From an uncultured virus (IMG/VR IMGVR_UViG_3300031224_000010) (lineage: Duplodnaviria; Heunggongvirae; Uroviricota; Caudoviricetes), in the IMG/VR virus record IMGVR_UViG_3300031224_000010: a DNA stretch of 64,000 nucleotides. One strand, given 5' to 3'. A program made the position numbers and the translations under genes. Numbering within the stretch: the stretch's first letter is position 1; every line of letters starts with the position of its first letter. The notes below the pieces were generated by a model. It was not told where the DNA came from, searched no databases, and saw nothing but the letters and a program-made list of their open reading frames with translations. This document shows positions 18,282 through 26,711 of the stretch, piece by piece.

Positions 18282-20045
18282 ATGGATAAAACAGTTGAAT
18301 CGGATTACAGAGAGCATTTCGTCGAAGCCCGCACCTTGTATTGGCTGGGCTGGCGTGCAGTGCGCATCTGTGAGCGATTGGGCATCAGCCAGCAGTTGTT
18401 CAACAACTGGAAGAAGCGGTTTGAATGGGACCAAAGCTCGCCAATTCAGAGGGTCGAGAGCTCTATCGAGTCGCGCATGGTTCAGCTGGTTTTCAAGGAT
18501 GAAAAAGAAGGTAGGGATTTCAAGGAAATTGACTTGCTAGGCCGGCAGATAGAGCGACTGGCGCGGGTGAACAAGTACGAGACAACCAGGCGCGAATCGG
18601 ATCTGAACCCGAATATTCTTGAAAGTAGCCGGGCGCCACGCAAATCGAAAAACGACATTGGCGAAGAAGGCCTGGAGCTGATCACCACTGCTTTTAATGA
18701 ATCGTTATTCGACTATCAGCACACGTGGAAAGTTGCGGGGCTAACCCATCGCATTCGAAACATTCTTAAATCTCGGCAGATCGGCGCCACCTGGTACTTT
18801 GCCCGGGAAGCAATCGTTGATGCTTTTCACACGAGTAAGAACAAAATCTTCCTGAGTGCATCGAAGGCCCAGGCGCATGTTTTCCGGCAGTACATCGTGC
18901 AGTTCATCAAAGACACCTGCGATGTTGAACTGAAAGGCGACCCGCTCATTCTGCCGAACGGCGCCACCCTGTACTTTCTCGGCACCAACGTGCGCACGGC
19001 CCAGAGCTATCACGGCGATCTTTTCATGGATGAGTACTTCTGGATTCACGACTTTCAGCAATTCCGGAAAGTGGCCAGCGGCATGGCCATGCATAAGAAG
19101 TGGAGTCAAACCTATATTTCCACGCCATCGGCGTTCACCCACGATGCCTACCCCTTCTGGACGGGCGAGCTTTTCAATAAGCGCCGGGCCAAAGATAAAC
19201 GGGTAATTGTTGAAACCTCGCACGCTGCACTGGCCAATGGCCTGGCATGCCCGGATGGGCAATGGCGACAGATCGTGACCGTTGAAGACGCGATGGCCGG
19301 AGGTTGTGACCTTTTCGACATAGAACAGCTGAGCATGGAATATTCTCCAGACGAATACGCCAACTTGCTGATGTGCCAGTTTGTCGACGACACCCACGCT
19401 GTATTCCCGTTGGCAAAATTGCAGCCGTGCATGGTCGACAGCTGGATTGAATGGCGGGATTTGAAGCCCTACACCGACAGGCCTCTGGGTGATAGTCCGG
19501 TATGGATTGGTTACGACCCATCGGGGGCTGGCGAAGACGGAGATGGCGCGGGACTGGCTGTTATTTCCCCCTCACATTCCAACAGTAAACCGCACCGCGT
19601 AATTGAAAAGCTTCGATTGAGGGGCCTTGATTACGAGCAGCAGGCTGATGAGATCCGGAAGCTAACCTTCCGGTATAACGTCGAATTCATTGGCATTGAT
19701 GTGACCGGCCTGGGTGAAGCGGTGGCCGAATTGGTGGAGAAGTTCTTCCCGGGCGTTACCAGGTACCAGTATTCGCTGGATGTGAAGGCCAGGCTGGTCA
19801 TCAAAACCCAGAACATCATCGACCGCTGCCGGCTTCAGTTCGACGCCGGCGACACCGCGATCGCCCAGAGTTTCATGGCTATTCGCCGTGTAATGACAGA
19901 TTCCCAGAAACACATAACCTACGCTGCCGGTCGCCGTGGCGACACCGGGCATTCGGACATCGCCTGGGCAATTATGCATGCCCTGGCGAATGAGCCGCTT
20001 GAAGGCCCGGCAAAGCATGGCGGCAGCATGATGGAGATTTATTGA
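18282..20045 (+). CDS. Terminase large ATPase subunit (P2 gpP-like)
   Basis: ILKSRQIGATWYFAREA, DEYFW, GYDPS, GHSDIAWA. Confidence 0.97.
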   Translation: MDKTVESDYREHFVEARTLYWLGWRAVRICERLGISQQLFNNWKKRFEWDQSSPIQRVESSIESRMVQLVFKDEKEGRDFKEIDLLGRQIERLARVNKYETTRRESDLNPNILESSRAPRKSKNDIGEEGLELITTAFNESLFDYQHTWKVAGLTHRIRNILKSRQIGATWYFAREAIVDAFHTSKNKIFLSASKAQAHVFRQYIVQFIKDTCDVELKGDPLILPNGATLYFLGTNVRTAQSYHGDLFMDEYFWIHDFQQFRKVASGMAMHKKWSQTYISTPSAFTHDAYPFWTGELFNKRRAKDKRVIVETSHAALANGLACPDGQWRQIVTVEDAMAGGCDLFDIEQLSMEYSPDEYANLLMCQFVDDTHAVFPLAKLQPCMVDSWIEWRDLKPYTDRPLGDSPVWIGYDPSGAGEDGDGAGLAVISPSHSNSKPHRVIEKLRLRGLDYEQQADEIRKLTFRYNVEFIGIDVTGLGEAVAELVEKFFPGVTRYQYSLDVKARLVIKTQNIIDRCRLQFDAGDTAIAQSFMAIRRVMTDSQKHITYAAGRRGDTGHSDIAWAIMHALANEPLEGPAKHGGSMMEIY

Positions 20046-21031
20046 TGAGCAACGGCAAGTTTGAAGCATTTACATTCGGCGAACCCACACCGGTAATGGA
20101 TCGGTATGAAATGCTTTACACCGGCTGCTGGGCAGCGGGACAGGATTATTACGAACCACCGGTTGATCTGGGCGCACTGGCAAAATCATACCGGGCCACC
20201 GCACACCACGGCAGCGCATTGCAGGTTAAACGGAATATTCTGGTGAAGTCCTTCCAGCCAACAAAATACTTAAGCCGTCAGGACTTTTCGCGTATGGCGC
20301 TGGATTACCTGGTGTTCGGTAACCTCTACGGCGAGATGATTACCAATCGGCTGGGTGGCCTGGTAAAGATCAAACCGGTATTGGCCAAGTACTGTCGACG
20401 CGGAATCAAACCTGAAACTTATTGGTGGGTGCATGGTTGGCTGCAGGCAGAAGAGTTTGCAGCCGGAAGCATAATCCACCTGATGGAACCCGACCTAGAC
20501 CAGGAATTGTATGGCGTGCCCGACTATATCGGCTCGCTGCAGTCTGCCTGGCTGAACGAAAGCGCCACCCTATTCCGCCGCAAGTATTACAACAACGGCA
20601 GCCACGCCGGATTCATCATGTACATGACCGACGCGGCACAGCAGCAGGGTGACATCGATGAGCTGCGCACCGCCTTACGCAACAGCAAAGGCCCGGGCAA
20701 CTTCAAAAACCTGTTCATGTATGCGCCCAACGGGAAAAAAGACGGGCTGCAGGTAATACCGGTTAGCGAGGTGGCCGCGAAGGATGAGTTCTGGAGCATC
20801 AAGAACGCAACGCGTGACGACCAGCTGGCAGGCCACCGCGTACCGCCGCAGCTGATGGGCATTATCCCCACCAACACCAGTGGGTTCGGGGATGCAGAAA
20901 AGGCGGCTCGAGTATTTGCCGCCAATGAACTGGAGCCGCTGCAAGAGCGCATGCTGGAGATGAACGACATCGCCGGCAAGGAAGTGCTGAAGTTCAAGCC
21001 GTATTCCCTGGGCGAGCCAGTCACGTCCTAG
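20042..21031 (+). CDS. Portal protein (P2 gpQ/PBSX family)
   Basis: EAFTFGEP, AWLNESATLFRRKYY.NGSHAG, HRVPPQLMG. Confidence 0.96.
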   Translation: MMSNGKFEAFTFGEPTPVMDRYEMLYTGCWAAGQDYYEPPVDLGALAKSYRATAHHGSALQVKRNILVKSFQPTKYLSRQDFSRMALDYLVFGNLYGEMITNRLGGLVKIKPVLAKYCRRGIKPETYWWVHGWLQAEEFAAGSIIHLMEPDLDQELYGVPDYIGSLQSAWLNESATLFRRKYYNNGSHAGFIMYMTDAAQQQGDIDELRTALRNSKGPGNFKNLFMYAPNGKKDGLQVIPVSEVAAKDEFWSIKNATRDDQLAGHRVPPQLMGIIPTNTSGFGDAEKAARVFAANELEPLQERMLEMNDIAGKEVLKFKPYSLGEPVTS

Positions 21032-21053
21032 CCGTTACCAAGCCAGGCTAAAC

Positions 21054-21078
21054 AGCCCGCCACGCGCGGGCTTTTTTT
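21054..21078 (+). terminator. Rho-independent terminator after portal
   Basis: AGCCCGC-cacgc-GCGGGCT followed by T tract. Confidence 0.8.
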
Positions 21079-21120
21079 CGTCCCGAGCAAACCACACGGG
21101 TGGGGTTGCTCGTAGTGCCA

Positions 21121-21144
21121 GCGCGAACTCCCCCCCGCCTTCGG
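21121..21144. other. Candidate cos site (phage X)
   Basis: C-rich CTCCCCCCCGCCTTCG loosely resembling the P2 cos complement, just downstream of portal. Confidence 0.3.
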
Positions 21145-21249
21145 TTCTTGTATGCACTCCTGCCTTAATCCACACCGTATTTACACGCTCCAACGGAGGC
21201 TCAGAGGGTGAAGCAGACTGATATATCAGCTTTCTGTTCTGTGGCAGCA

Positions 21250-21541
21250 GGGGGGCTTCGGAAAAGCGTAACAAGCGTAACAAGGGGAAATAATGCCCTG
21301 CAGGCCGCACCACTGCTCACTCTTCCTGTTACAAAAAAGAGTAGCAGGGAGTAACAAAAACGTAACAGCATTGATTATAAAGGGTTTTTTATTTTTAAAA
21401 GTTACGTTCGTAAAGTGTAACAGCGTTACGTGTTCGTTACAGATTACTTGCCACTACTAACGATTATAGGTAATTAATATATATAGATAATAATAATAGT
21501 GTTACATGTGTTACGTTTGTTACTCCTTTCCGAACCCCCCC
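21250..21541. repeat. Inverted-repeat-bounded AT-rich GTAAC/GTTAC array (candidate replication origin)
   Basis: Arms GGGGGGCTTCGGAAAAGCGTAACAA / TTGTTACTCCTTTCCGAACCCCCC; many GTAAC/GTTAC motifs; counterpart at 56565-56848. Confidence 0.7.
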
Positions 21542-21697
21542 AACATTCTGAGGGAAACCTCCCAACGCACCTGCACGCACACGCGTACACCATCATTGTC
21601 TTTCGTCTCACAATAAACGGATTCGCTCGATTAACGCTGACGTGTACGTTGCTGTGGCGAGCAGTGGTGGTGCCGAAGTAGTTCAGATTTCACGTAG

Positions 21698-21943
21698 GAG
21701 CGCGCCCCGACAGAGTATTCGCAGGTTATTGATTCTAAAGGGACTAGCTTAGGCAAAAAGAGGTGTCAAACAGGATTAAGATTGCGGTGCAGGTGATTCA
21801 TTTAGCGTAACAAAAGGCTATCAGATGGAGCACCCTGCAACTCCGTTAACGCCGGTTCGATTCCGACCCGCGCCTCCATTTTTATCTTTATATTCCAATG
21901 CCTTGGGGCTTCCGAAATTTACCGGCGAGCGCTCCCCGACAGA
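21698..21943. repeat. 17-bp direct repeats flanking att core (putative integrase arm sites)
   Basis: GAGCGCgCCCCGACAGA 21698-21714 and GAGCGCtCCCCGACAGA 21927-21943; further CCCGAC copies up to ~21962. Confidence 0.65.
21835..21878 (+). other. att core: 3' half of tRNA-Cys(GCA), not an intact tRNA
   Basis: CTGCAAC anticodon loop, GGTTCGATTCC T-arm, CGCGCCTCCA end; no 5' half upstream; 86 bp from integrase stop. Confidence 0.88.
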
Positions 21944-21964
21944 ACCCCGACCAAGTCCCGACAA

Positions 21965-23215
21965 TCAATCGCTAGTTTGTGCTGCATCGCGTAGTGATTT
22001 AAGCGTGGATCGGCTGCGCTCTGGCGGCCGGATCAGGCGGTAGTGGTTACGCATGGCTTCGGTTTCATGGCCACCCTTGTTGTTCTCGCCCTGGGACACG
22101 AACTCGTCGGTTAAGCCTTTCTTGCGCAAGTCTCGCAACTGATACTGCCCTTTATAGCCAGCGTCCTCACAGGCTTGCGCCCAGCACCCCTGCATAAATC
22201 GATGCTTCACCGGCTGGGTGCGGCTGCGCATGTCGAAGTAGCGGGGATAAACCATCAGATACGGCGAGATAATGCCCTGCTCTCGCTTCCAGTTGCGAAA
22301 CCAATCAACCAGCTGGCGCAGTTCGGTGTTCATTTCCAGCAAAATACCCACGCCGGTTTTGTGCCGGGAGAAGGTAATTTCTCCAAATTCGCCACCATCA
22401 TCGTTTATTTGGCTTTCTTTCAGGCCGAAAACGTCAATGGGTTGCTGGCTCATCATGTAAATCAGGTCGCATATTTTCGCGCGCCAAGCACCGTCGCATG
22501 CTCGGCGGTTCAGGTTGTGCACCAGTAGGTGTTCGGTAATGGCTACGTAAACATCGTTAGGTATCAGCACTTCGCGCTTTGGTTCGACTGATTTCTGGAT
22601 GTCGGGAATGGGGTTTCTGTCGATCACGCCATCCTGGATGGCATGGCCAAATACCCTGGATAACGTATTGCGCAGGCCGTTGTAGTGAGTGGGCTTGGTT
22701 AACCAGGGCGATAGGAGTTTGCGAACCTTGCGCAAAACGTGGGGATCGCAAAGGAAGAACTGGGAATCGTCGCTGGCTGCCAGCTGCTGCGCGTCGGCGG
22801 CGTAATCGGTGCGGGTGGCCATGGCTACGGGCCTGCCTCGGTTGCGGCCGCGCTGGCTTAGTACGTGGCACTCGTTCCAGGTAACACTGCCTTCGGATAG
22901 TTGATGGCCAAGCACCGTTGTGCGCCACTTTTCCAAGTAGGCCTTGAGGGTTATTCGTTTGATGGTTTCGGTAGATCTGGAAATGGCAAGGCTACCCGCT
23001 AACAGATCTGCCTCGAAATCGCCGCCGTCCTGCTCCCACATCTGCTGCAATATTCCCCAGCGCCGGATGGCCTGCTGCTTATCGCGGGTTTGTAGGCTGC
23101 CTTGCTTGCGGGTTTTGGGATGGCGCACGTAAAAAACGCCACTGCGGGCGTCTATGTACAGGCCAGGGTAGCGCTGAAGCCACTCCTGACCTTGTTTCCG
23201 TTGGTTTTTGGCCAT
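21965..23215 (-). CDS. int: Tyrosine recombinase/integrase (divergent active-site motifs)
   Basis: N-terminal arm-binding-like YPGLY...FYVRHP; HKTG, QLRDLRKKG, GH, HY motifs; next to att; SQQPID where GxRxxD/E is expected. Confidence 0.85.
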   Translation of the reverse strand: MAKNQRKQGQEWLQRYPGLYIDARSGVFYVRHPKTRKQGSLQTRDKQQAIRRWGILQQMWEQDGGDFEADLLAGSLAISRSTETIKRITLKAYLEKWRTTVLGHQLSEGSVTWNECHVLSQRGRNRGRPVAMATRTDYAADAQQLAASDDSQFFLCDPHVLRKVRKLLSPWLTKPTHYNGLRNTLSRVFGHAIQDGVIDRNPIPDIQKSVEPKREVLIPNDVYVAITEHLLVHNLNRRACDGAWRAKICDLIYMMSQQPIDVFGLKESQINDDGGEFGEITFSRHKTGVGILLEMNTELRQLVDWFRNWKREQGIISPYLMVYPRYFDMRSRTQPVKHRFMQGCWAQACEDAGYKGQYQLRDLRKKGLTDEFVSQGENNKGGHETEAMRNHYRLIRPPERSRSTLKSLRDAAQTSD

Positions 23216-23216
23216 G

Positions 23217-23456
23217 TTACTGCAGCTGCTGCGCGAGATTTTGAAGGAAACCCAGCTCCTGGTTGCTCTCAGGCAATCCTTTAAGCCGGCGTTCCATTGT
23301 CTCGAAATACGTGTCCAGGTCAATTCGCCACCGTCGACCGTCGCGGAATGCTCCTGGTATGTCCGGACACCGGTTGCGGATGGACACCAGCGAAGGCGGC
23401 TCTTTGTCGTCGCAGTACACCACATCGATGAACGTTTGAAGGCTGACAGGTCTCAT
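23217..23456 (-). CDS. Putative excisionase (winged-helix)
   Basis: 79 aa directly upstream of int; IPGAFRDGRRWRID; homologue 57182-57421. Confidence 0.65.
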   Translation of the reverse strand: MRPVSLQTFIDVVYCDDKEPPSLVSIRNRCPDIPGAFRDGRRWRIDLDTYFETMERRLKGLPESNQELGFLQNLAQQLQ

Positions 23457-23746
23457 CTGGTTGTTTCCTCCCTCCGCGCCTGCCGGCCTTGCCAGCGCAG
23501 GAAGTGTGACTTTATGTGGCGAAAGCGAGTAGCGGCGCCCAGGTTGTGGTCCAGTTCGGCACGGCTGGCGATGTTGCAGGCCGTAACGATGAGATCCCGC
23601 GCATCTTCTACCGTGTGGGTGCCATCCGGAATGGTAACTCCGGCCTTTTTGCTCTGGGCCCTGTCCAGGTACACGCGGAACTCTGGATCTTGGCAGAGCA
23701 TGGCGGCGGATCGGGCGAGGTGGCCGCCTTTCATTTCAGTCGTCAT
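23453..23746 (-). CDS. Conserved phage hypothetical protein
   Basis: LARSAAMLCQDP...SRAELDHN; homologue 57418-57747. Confidence 0.8.
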   Translation of the reverse strand: MTTEMKGGHLARSAAMLCQDPEFRVYLDRAQSKKAGVTIPDGTHTVEDARDLIVTACNIASRAELDHNLGAATRFRHIKSHFLRWQGRQARREETTR

Positions 23747-23981
23747 TGATCTGCTCCTGCACGCCCAGTTTCTCAACTGTTATCCGGTATTCAGGCTCGC
23801 CGTTTGCGTGGATCACCACCGGCTTACCGAATTGCAGAGTGTGTTCAGCCACGGCCACCAGTGCTTCCACCGTCACATCGCGCTTATTCGCAGCCCATAC
23901 CCTGCCACACTTAAGAAGGGTTCCGGCATAGATTGTGCCAGTAAGAGGGCTTGCTGCTACGTGGATCGGCTTACTGATCAT
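23736..23981 (-). CDS. Hypothetical phage protein
   Basis: SPLTGTIYAG motif; overlapping operon packing. Confidence 0.65.
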   Translation of the reverse strand: MISKPIHVAASPLTGTIYAGTLLKCGRVWAANKRDVTVEALVAVAEHTLQFGKPVVIHANGEPEYRITVEKLGVQEQINDD

Positions 23982-24331
23982 CGGTCTTGCTCCTTATTAG
24001 CCTCGTTGCGCAGCCTTTCAACCTCTTCTTCAATAAGATCCATTGGGTCGGTTTCGCAATATATGCCTAGTTTTAATACTAATTTGTGAACTGCTTCTGC
24101 CTGTTTTGTAAGGATAAAGGCTTTTGAATAGTCTATACCCATCTGAAAACTACTACTTTTAAGCCCATGACGACTGGCCTGCCAGCCCATCCATTTACCG
24201 TGATAAATCTTCACTTCATCAAACCCAGCAGCACCAGGCAGGGCATCGTACTGCTCGCTTGCATCATTCCAAAAGACCCCTTTCGGCACTGAAAAACACT
24301 TTTCGAAATCCTTCCTGCTAACACTAATCAC
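23978..24331 (-). CDS. Hypothetical phage protein (distal half of the 255-aa fused ORF)
   Basis: GTG at 24331 preceded by GGAGG. Confidence 0.55.
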   Translation of the reverse strand: MISVSRKDFEKCFSVPKGVFWNDASEQYDALPGAAGFDEVKIYHGKWMGWQASRHGLKSSSFQMGIDYSKAFILTKQAEAVHKLVLKLGIYCETDPMDLIEEEVERLRNEANKEQDR

Positions 24332-24745
24332 AAGCCACCTCCGATGCCGCTTTGCGCTTCTGTTCAACGAACTGATCACGCCATTCCAGAGATTTTTCAC
24401 AGGCTTCTTGATAGGTGTCGGCATAGATCCACTTTGCGGCGTAATAGCCCATGACATGCGGTGCGACTCATCAGCCTTTATGTTTTGCGGTACCGGTGTT
24501 GAGAACTTAACCAGGAAGCCGCTTTTTTCGTTATCCATCAAGTGATCGAATATCAGCCCGGGGTCGTCCAGATCGTAAGGTGGCTCTATTCCGATAGACT
24601 CCCACAGGGGCTCGGGGTCTTCTTCCATAAAAGCTTCTGTTGCTACAGGAGGAAATAAATCCTGTGCCAGCATAGTGGCCAGATGAATGATTACTTCTGC
24701 CCTGATATTGCCTTCAAACATGCTATCGATTGTTTCGGTTTTCAC
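24324..24745 (-). pseudogene. Hypothetical gene with apparent 1-bp deletion at 24448-24450
   Basis: Adding one G gives ...SWGYYAAKWIYADTYQEACEKSLEWRDQFVEQKRKAASEVACD*, ending over the next start. Confidence 0.5.
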
Positions 24746-25140
24746 AATGCCATCCCCTGTCTTACTTCGTGATTCTTGTAAAACGCCCGGGCTTTATTCG
24801 CTATGCGCTGATGCCGGCGCCGGTAAACTGTGTTTTCTTTGACACCGTTCCGCCTGGCTATAACCGTAATCCGGTAGTTCGGCATTTTGTTGGCCTTGGC
24901 CAGATGGTATTCGCTACGTAATCGCTGAATTTCTGCGTTCTGGACGTCTGTTCGGCATTTCAGGTGTTTTGTTTCTGCTATCCATATAGCAGTGGTGCTT
25001 ACGAAAAACCGATCGGCGAGCACCTGGAGCGATCGCTGCCGCAAGTAATTCAGCAAGTAATCGCGCTGGTCCAGATCAGCGTCTATGCTCCTTTGGGAGA
25101 TAACGGACGTAGCCTTGGAAATCTTCTTTTTAACGGTCAC
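24742..25140 (-). CDS. Hypothetical basic protein, possible HTH
   Basis: Operon packing; IARRNGVKENTVYR. Confidence 0.55.
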   Translation of the reverse strand: MTVKKKISKATSVISQRSIDADLDQRDYLLNYLRQRSLQVLADRFFVSTTAIWIAETKHLKCRTDVQNAEIQRLRSEYHLAKANKMPNYRITVIARRNGVKENTVYRRRHQRIANKARAFYKNHEVRQGMAL

Positions 25141-25360
25141 CTCGTTCCTCCAGAATTTTTAAGGCCCTACGGGCATGCTTGCTTGCAAGCTTGCGAAGGG
25201 TTTTGTGCTCGCAACCATTGCAACCGGAAAGGCACCACCATTTGAATATGGCAGCCACACGTTCCAGGCATTCAGCCGGAAGATCCATTGCCAGATTTTT
25301 TAGATCAATATCTGCATCTGATACCGATTGATTGAATTCTCTTGGGCGCTCAGTGCTCAT
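25130..25360 (-). CDS. Hypothetical protein
   Basis: Overlapping operon packing. Confidence 0.55.
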   Translation of the reverse strand: MSTERPREFNQSVSDADIDLKNLAMDLPAECLERVAAIFKWWCLSGCNGCEHKTLRKLASKHARRALKILEERGDR

Positions 25361-25731
25361 GCCGCCACCTTCTTCAGCTCAGCTTCAATCCGTGTGTTGC
25401 GCGCTATCAGCCAGTCCAGGTAACGAATAAAGGTTTCAATCTCTACCATTCGGACCTGGTATTCTTCTCTGCACCGTTCAACCGTAGACCAGTCGTAGAA
25501 ATCCAAATCAATACGGATAGCCGCGAGCTGTTCAGGCAACTCGAATTCTTTTTCGTAACGGGTGTTCGCTGGCATTACCCGAACATCAAAATTCTCACAA
25601 TGGGCGCTGACATGCGCATGAAACTGAACAAGACCTCGGCGGTTAATGACCATGCCTTGTAAAAAAATCTCTTCCATAACCAGGTAGAGGTTATCGATCA
25701 TCTGTTCTTTTGTTAGCGTCTGATTTTCCAT
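25357..25731 (-). CDS. Conserved phage hypothetical protein
   Basis: Same-length homologue at 58660-59034 (EEIFLQGM, ETFIRYLD). Confidence 0.78.
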   Translation of the reverse strand: MENQTLTKEQMIDNLYLVMEEIFLQGMVINRRGLVQFHAHVSAHCENFDVRVMPANTRYEKEFELPEQLAAIRIDLDFYDWSTVERCREEYQVRMVEIETFIRYLDWLIARNTRIEAELKKVAA

Positions 25732-25792
25732 AATGTTCTCCCTATATACCGCGTGTTCGTTTTTGGTGTTGCAGTGCTGCATGGCAATCAAT

Positions 25793-26206
25793 TCAGGTTT
25801 GGCCTTTACGACAGATTTCCCCAGCTTCTTCCAGGGAATCCACTGTTCCCCACCAGGTGGGGCGATCCCATGCGCCGCCGTCCAGACACTCCACCCAGTA
25901 GTGGGTCTGTTCGCCGTGTTGCCTGGTGGTGATGTAGGGCCGGTACCACCAGAAGCGGTGACTTTCGAGCCGCTCGTCGTTTGGGGTGACTGAAAACCCA
26001 TCGGGCAAGATTGGATCCAGCGCGTACCCTTCGATCACGGTGTGCACCTGCTTATTTGTTATTGCCGCGACAACGTTATCCTTTAGTGCGGCGGTCATCG
26101 TCTCTGCCAGCAACTCAAGTTCTGTCAGGGTCATTTCGTCGGTGCTCTGCATTAGTACCTCTAGAACGTCCAGGGTCTGTTGAAGGTGACTGCTGTTCGT
26201 GTCCAT
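25793..26206 (-). CDS. Hypothetical protein
   Basis: 137-aa ORF with RBS; CLDGGAWDRPTWWG motif. Confidence 0.65.
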   Translation of the reverse strand: MDTNSSHLQQTLDVLEVLMQSTDEMTLTELELLAETMTAALKDNVVAAITNKQVHTVIEGYALDPILPDGFSVTPNDERLESHRFWWYRPYITTRQHGEQTHYWVECLDGGAWDRPTWWGTVDSLEEAGEICRKGQT

Positions 26207-26239
26207 CGGTTATCTCCAGTTAGAATTTTCAGCTTTTAT

Positions 26240-26458
26240 TTATCGGTAGTTCCGGGCTTTCGCTTCCAGCAGGTGCTGGCACTCGACGCAAGTGGGACAC
26301 CCCGGCGCGGCTTTGCGCCTGGCTTCGGGGATTAGCTCGCCGCACTGTTCGCAATCAGGGGCTGTGCTTAGGTAGCTGTTCAGTTCCAGCTGGGCGCGCA
26401 GCGCGGTTTCGAGGGATTGCTCGATGTAGGCGTCGGCAACGTCGGCTTCATCGGCCAT
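26240..26458 (-). CDS. TraR/DksA C4-type zinc-finger protein
   Basis: MADEADVA...CEQCGELIPEARR..PGCPTCVECQ. Confidence 0.92.
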   Translation of the reverse strand: MADEADVADAYIEQSLETALRAQLELNSYLSTAPDCEQCGELIPEARRKAAPGCPTCVECQHLLEAKARNYR

Positions 26459-26684
26459 CGTTCAAGTACTCCGTTGCGTTGGCGCTTAAATCTTTGGCCG
26501 GTACCAGGCGCACAATTCCGGCTTCCATGCAGGCGGCAGCCTGCTCTGCGGAATCAAACACCAGCACCATGGCCACGTGGTGGTGCACACGGCCGTGGTC
26601 TTCGTTGATGACTGTCAGCTCGCCAATGTCGTGCAGGCGGGCGGCTGGGGCTTGTTCGGTTGTTATTGCTACTGCTTGGGTCAT
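26448..26684 (-). CDS. Conserved phage hypothetical protein
   Basis: Homologous to the C-terminal half of 59275-59775. Confidence 0.75.
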   Translation of the reverse strand: MTQAVAITTEQAPAARLHDIGELTVINEDHGRVHHHVAMVLVFDSAEQAAACMEAGIVRLVPAKDLSANATEYLNDGR

Positions 26685-26711
26685 AAGGTTTTCCGGTTTT
26701 TAGGTAGAGGT

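Noticed and set aside
21250..21541. CRISPR array or IS/MITE
   Set aside because: No regular repeat-spacer period, no transposase or clear target duplication; syntenic in both phages
21800..21878. Intact tRNA-Cys gene
   Set aside because: Acceptor 5' strand and D-arm are absent; only the 3' half is present
23216..23425. N-terminal 70 aa of the 486-aa integrase ORF and similar long upstream extensions of primase, sheath, capsid and scaffold
   Set aside because: They overlap upstream genes or regulatory DNA; comparison of the two phage copies supports the downstream starts used here
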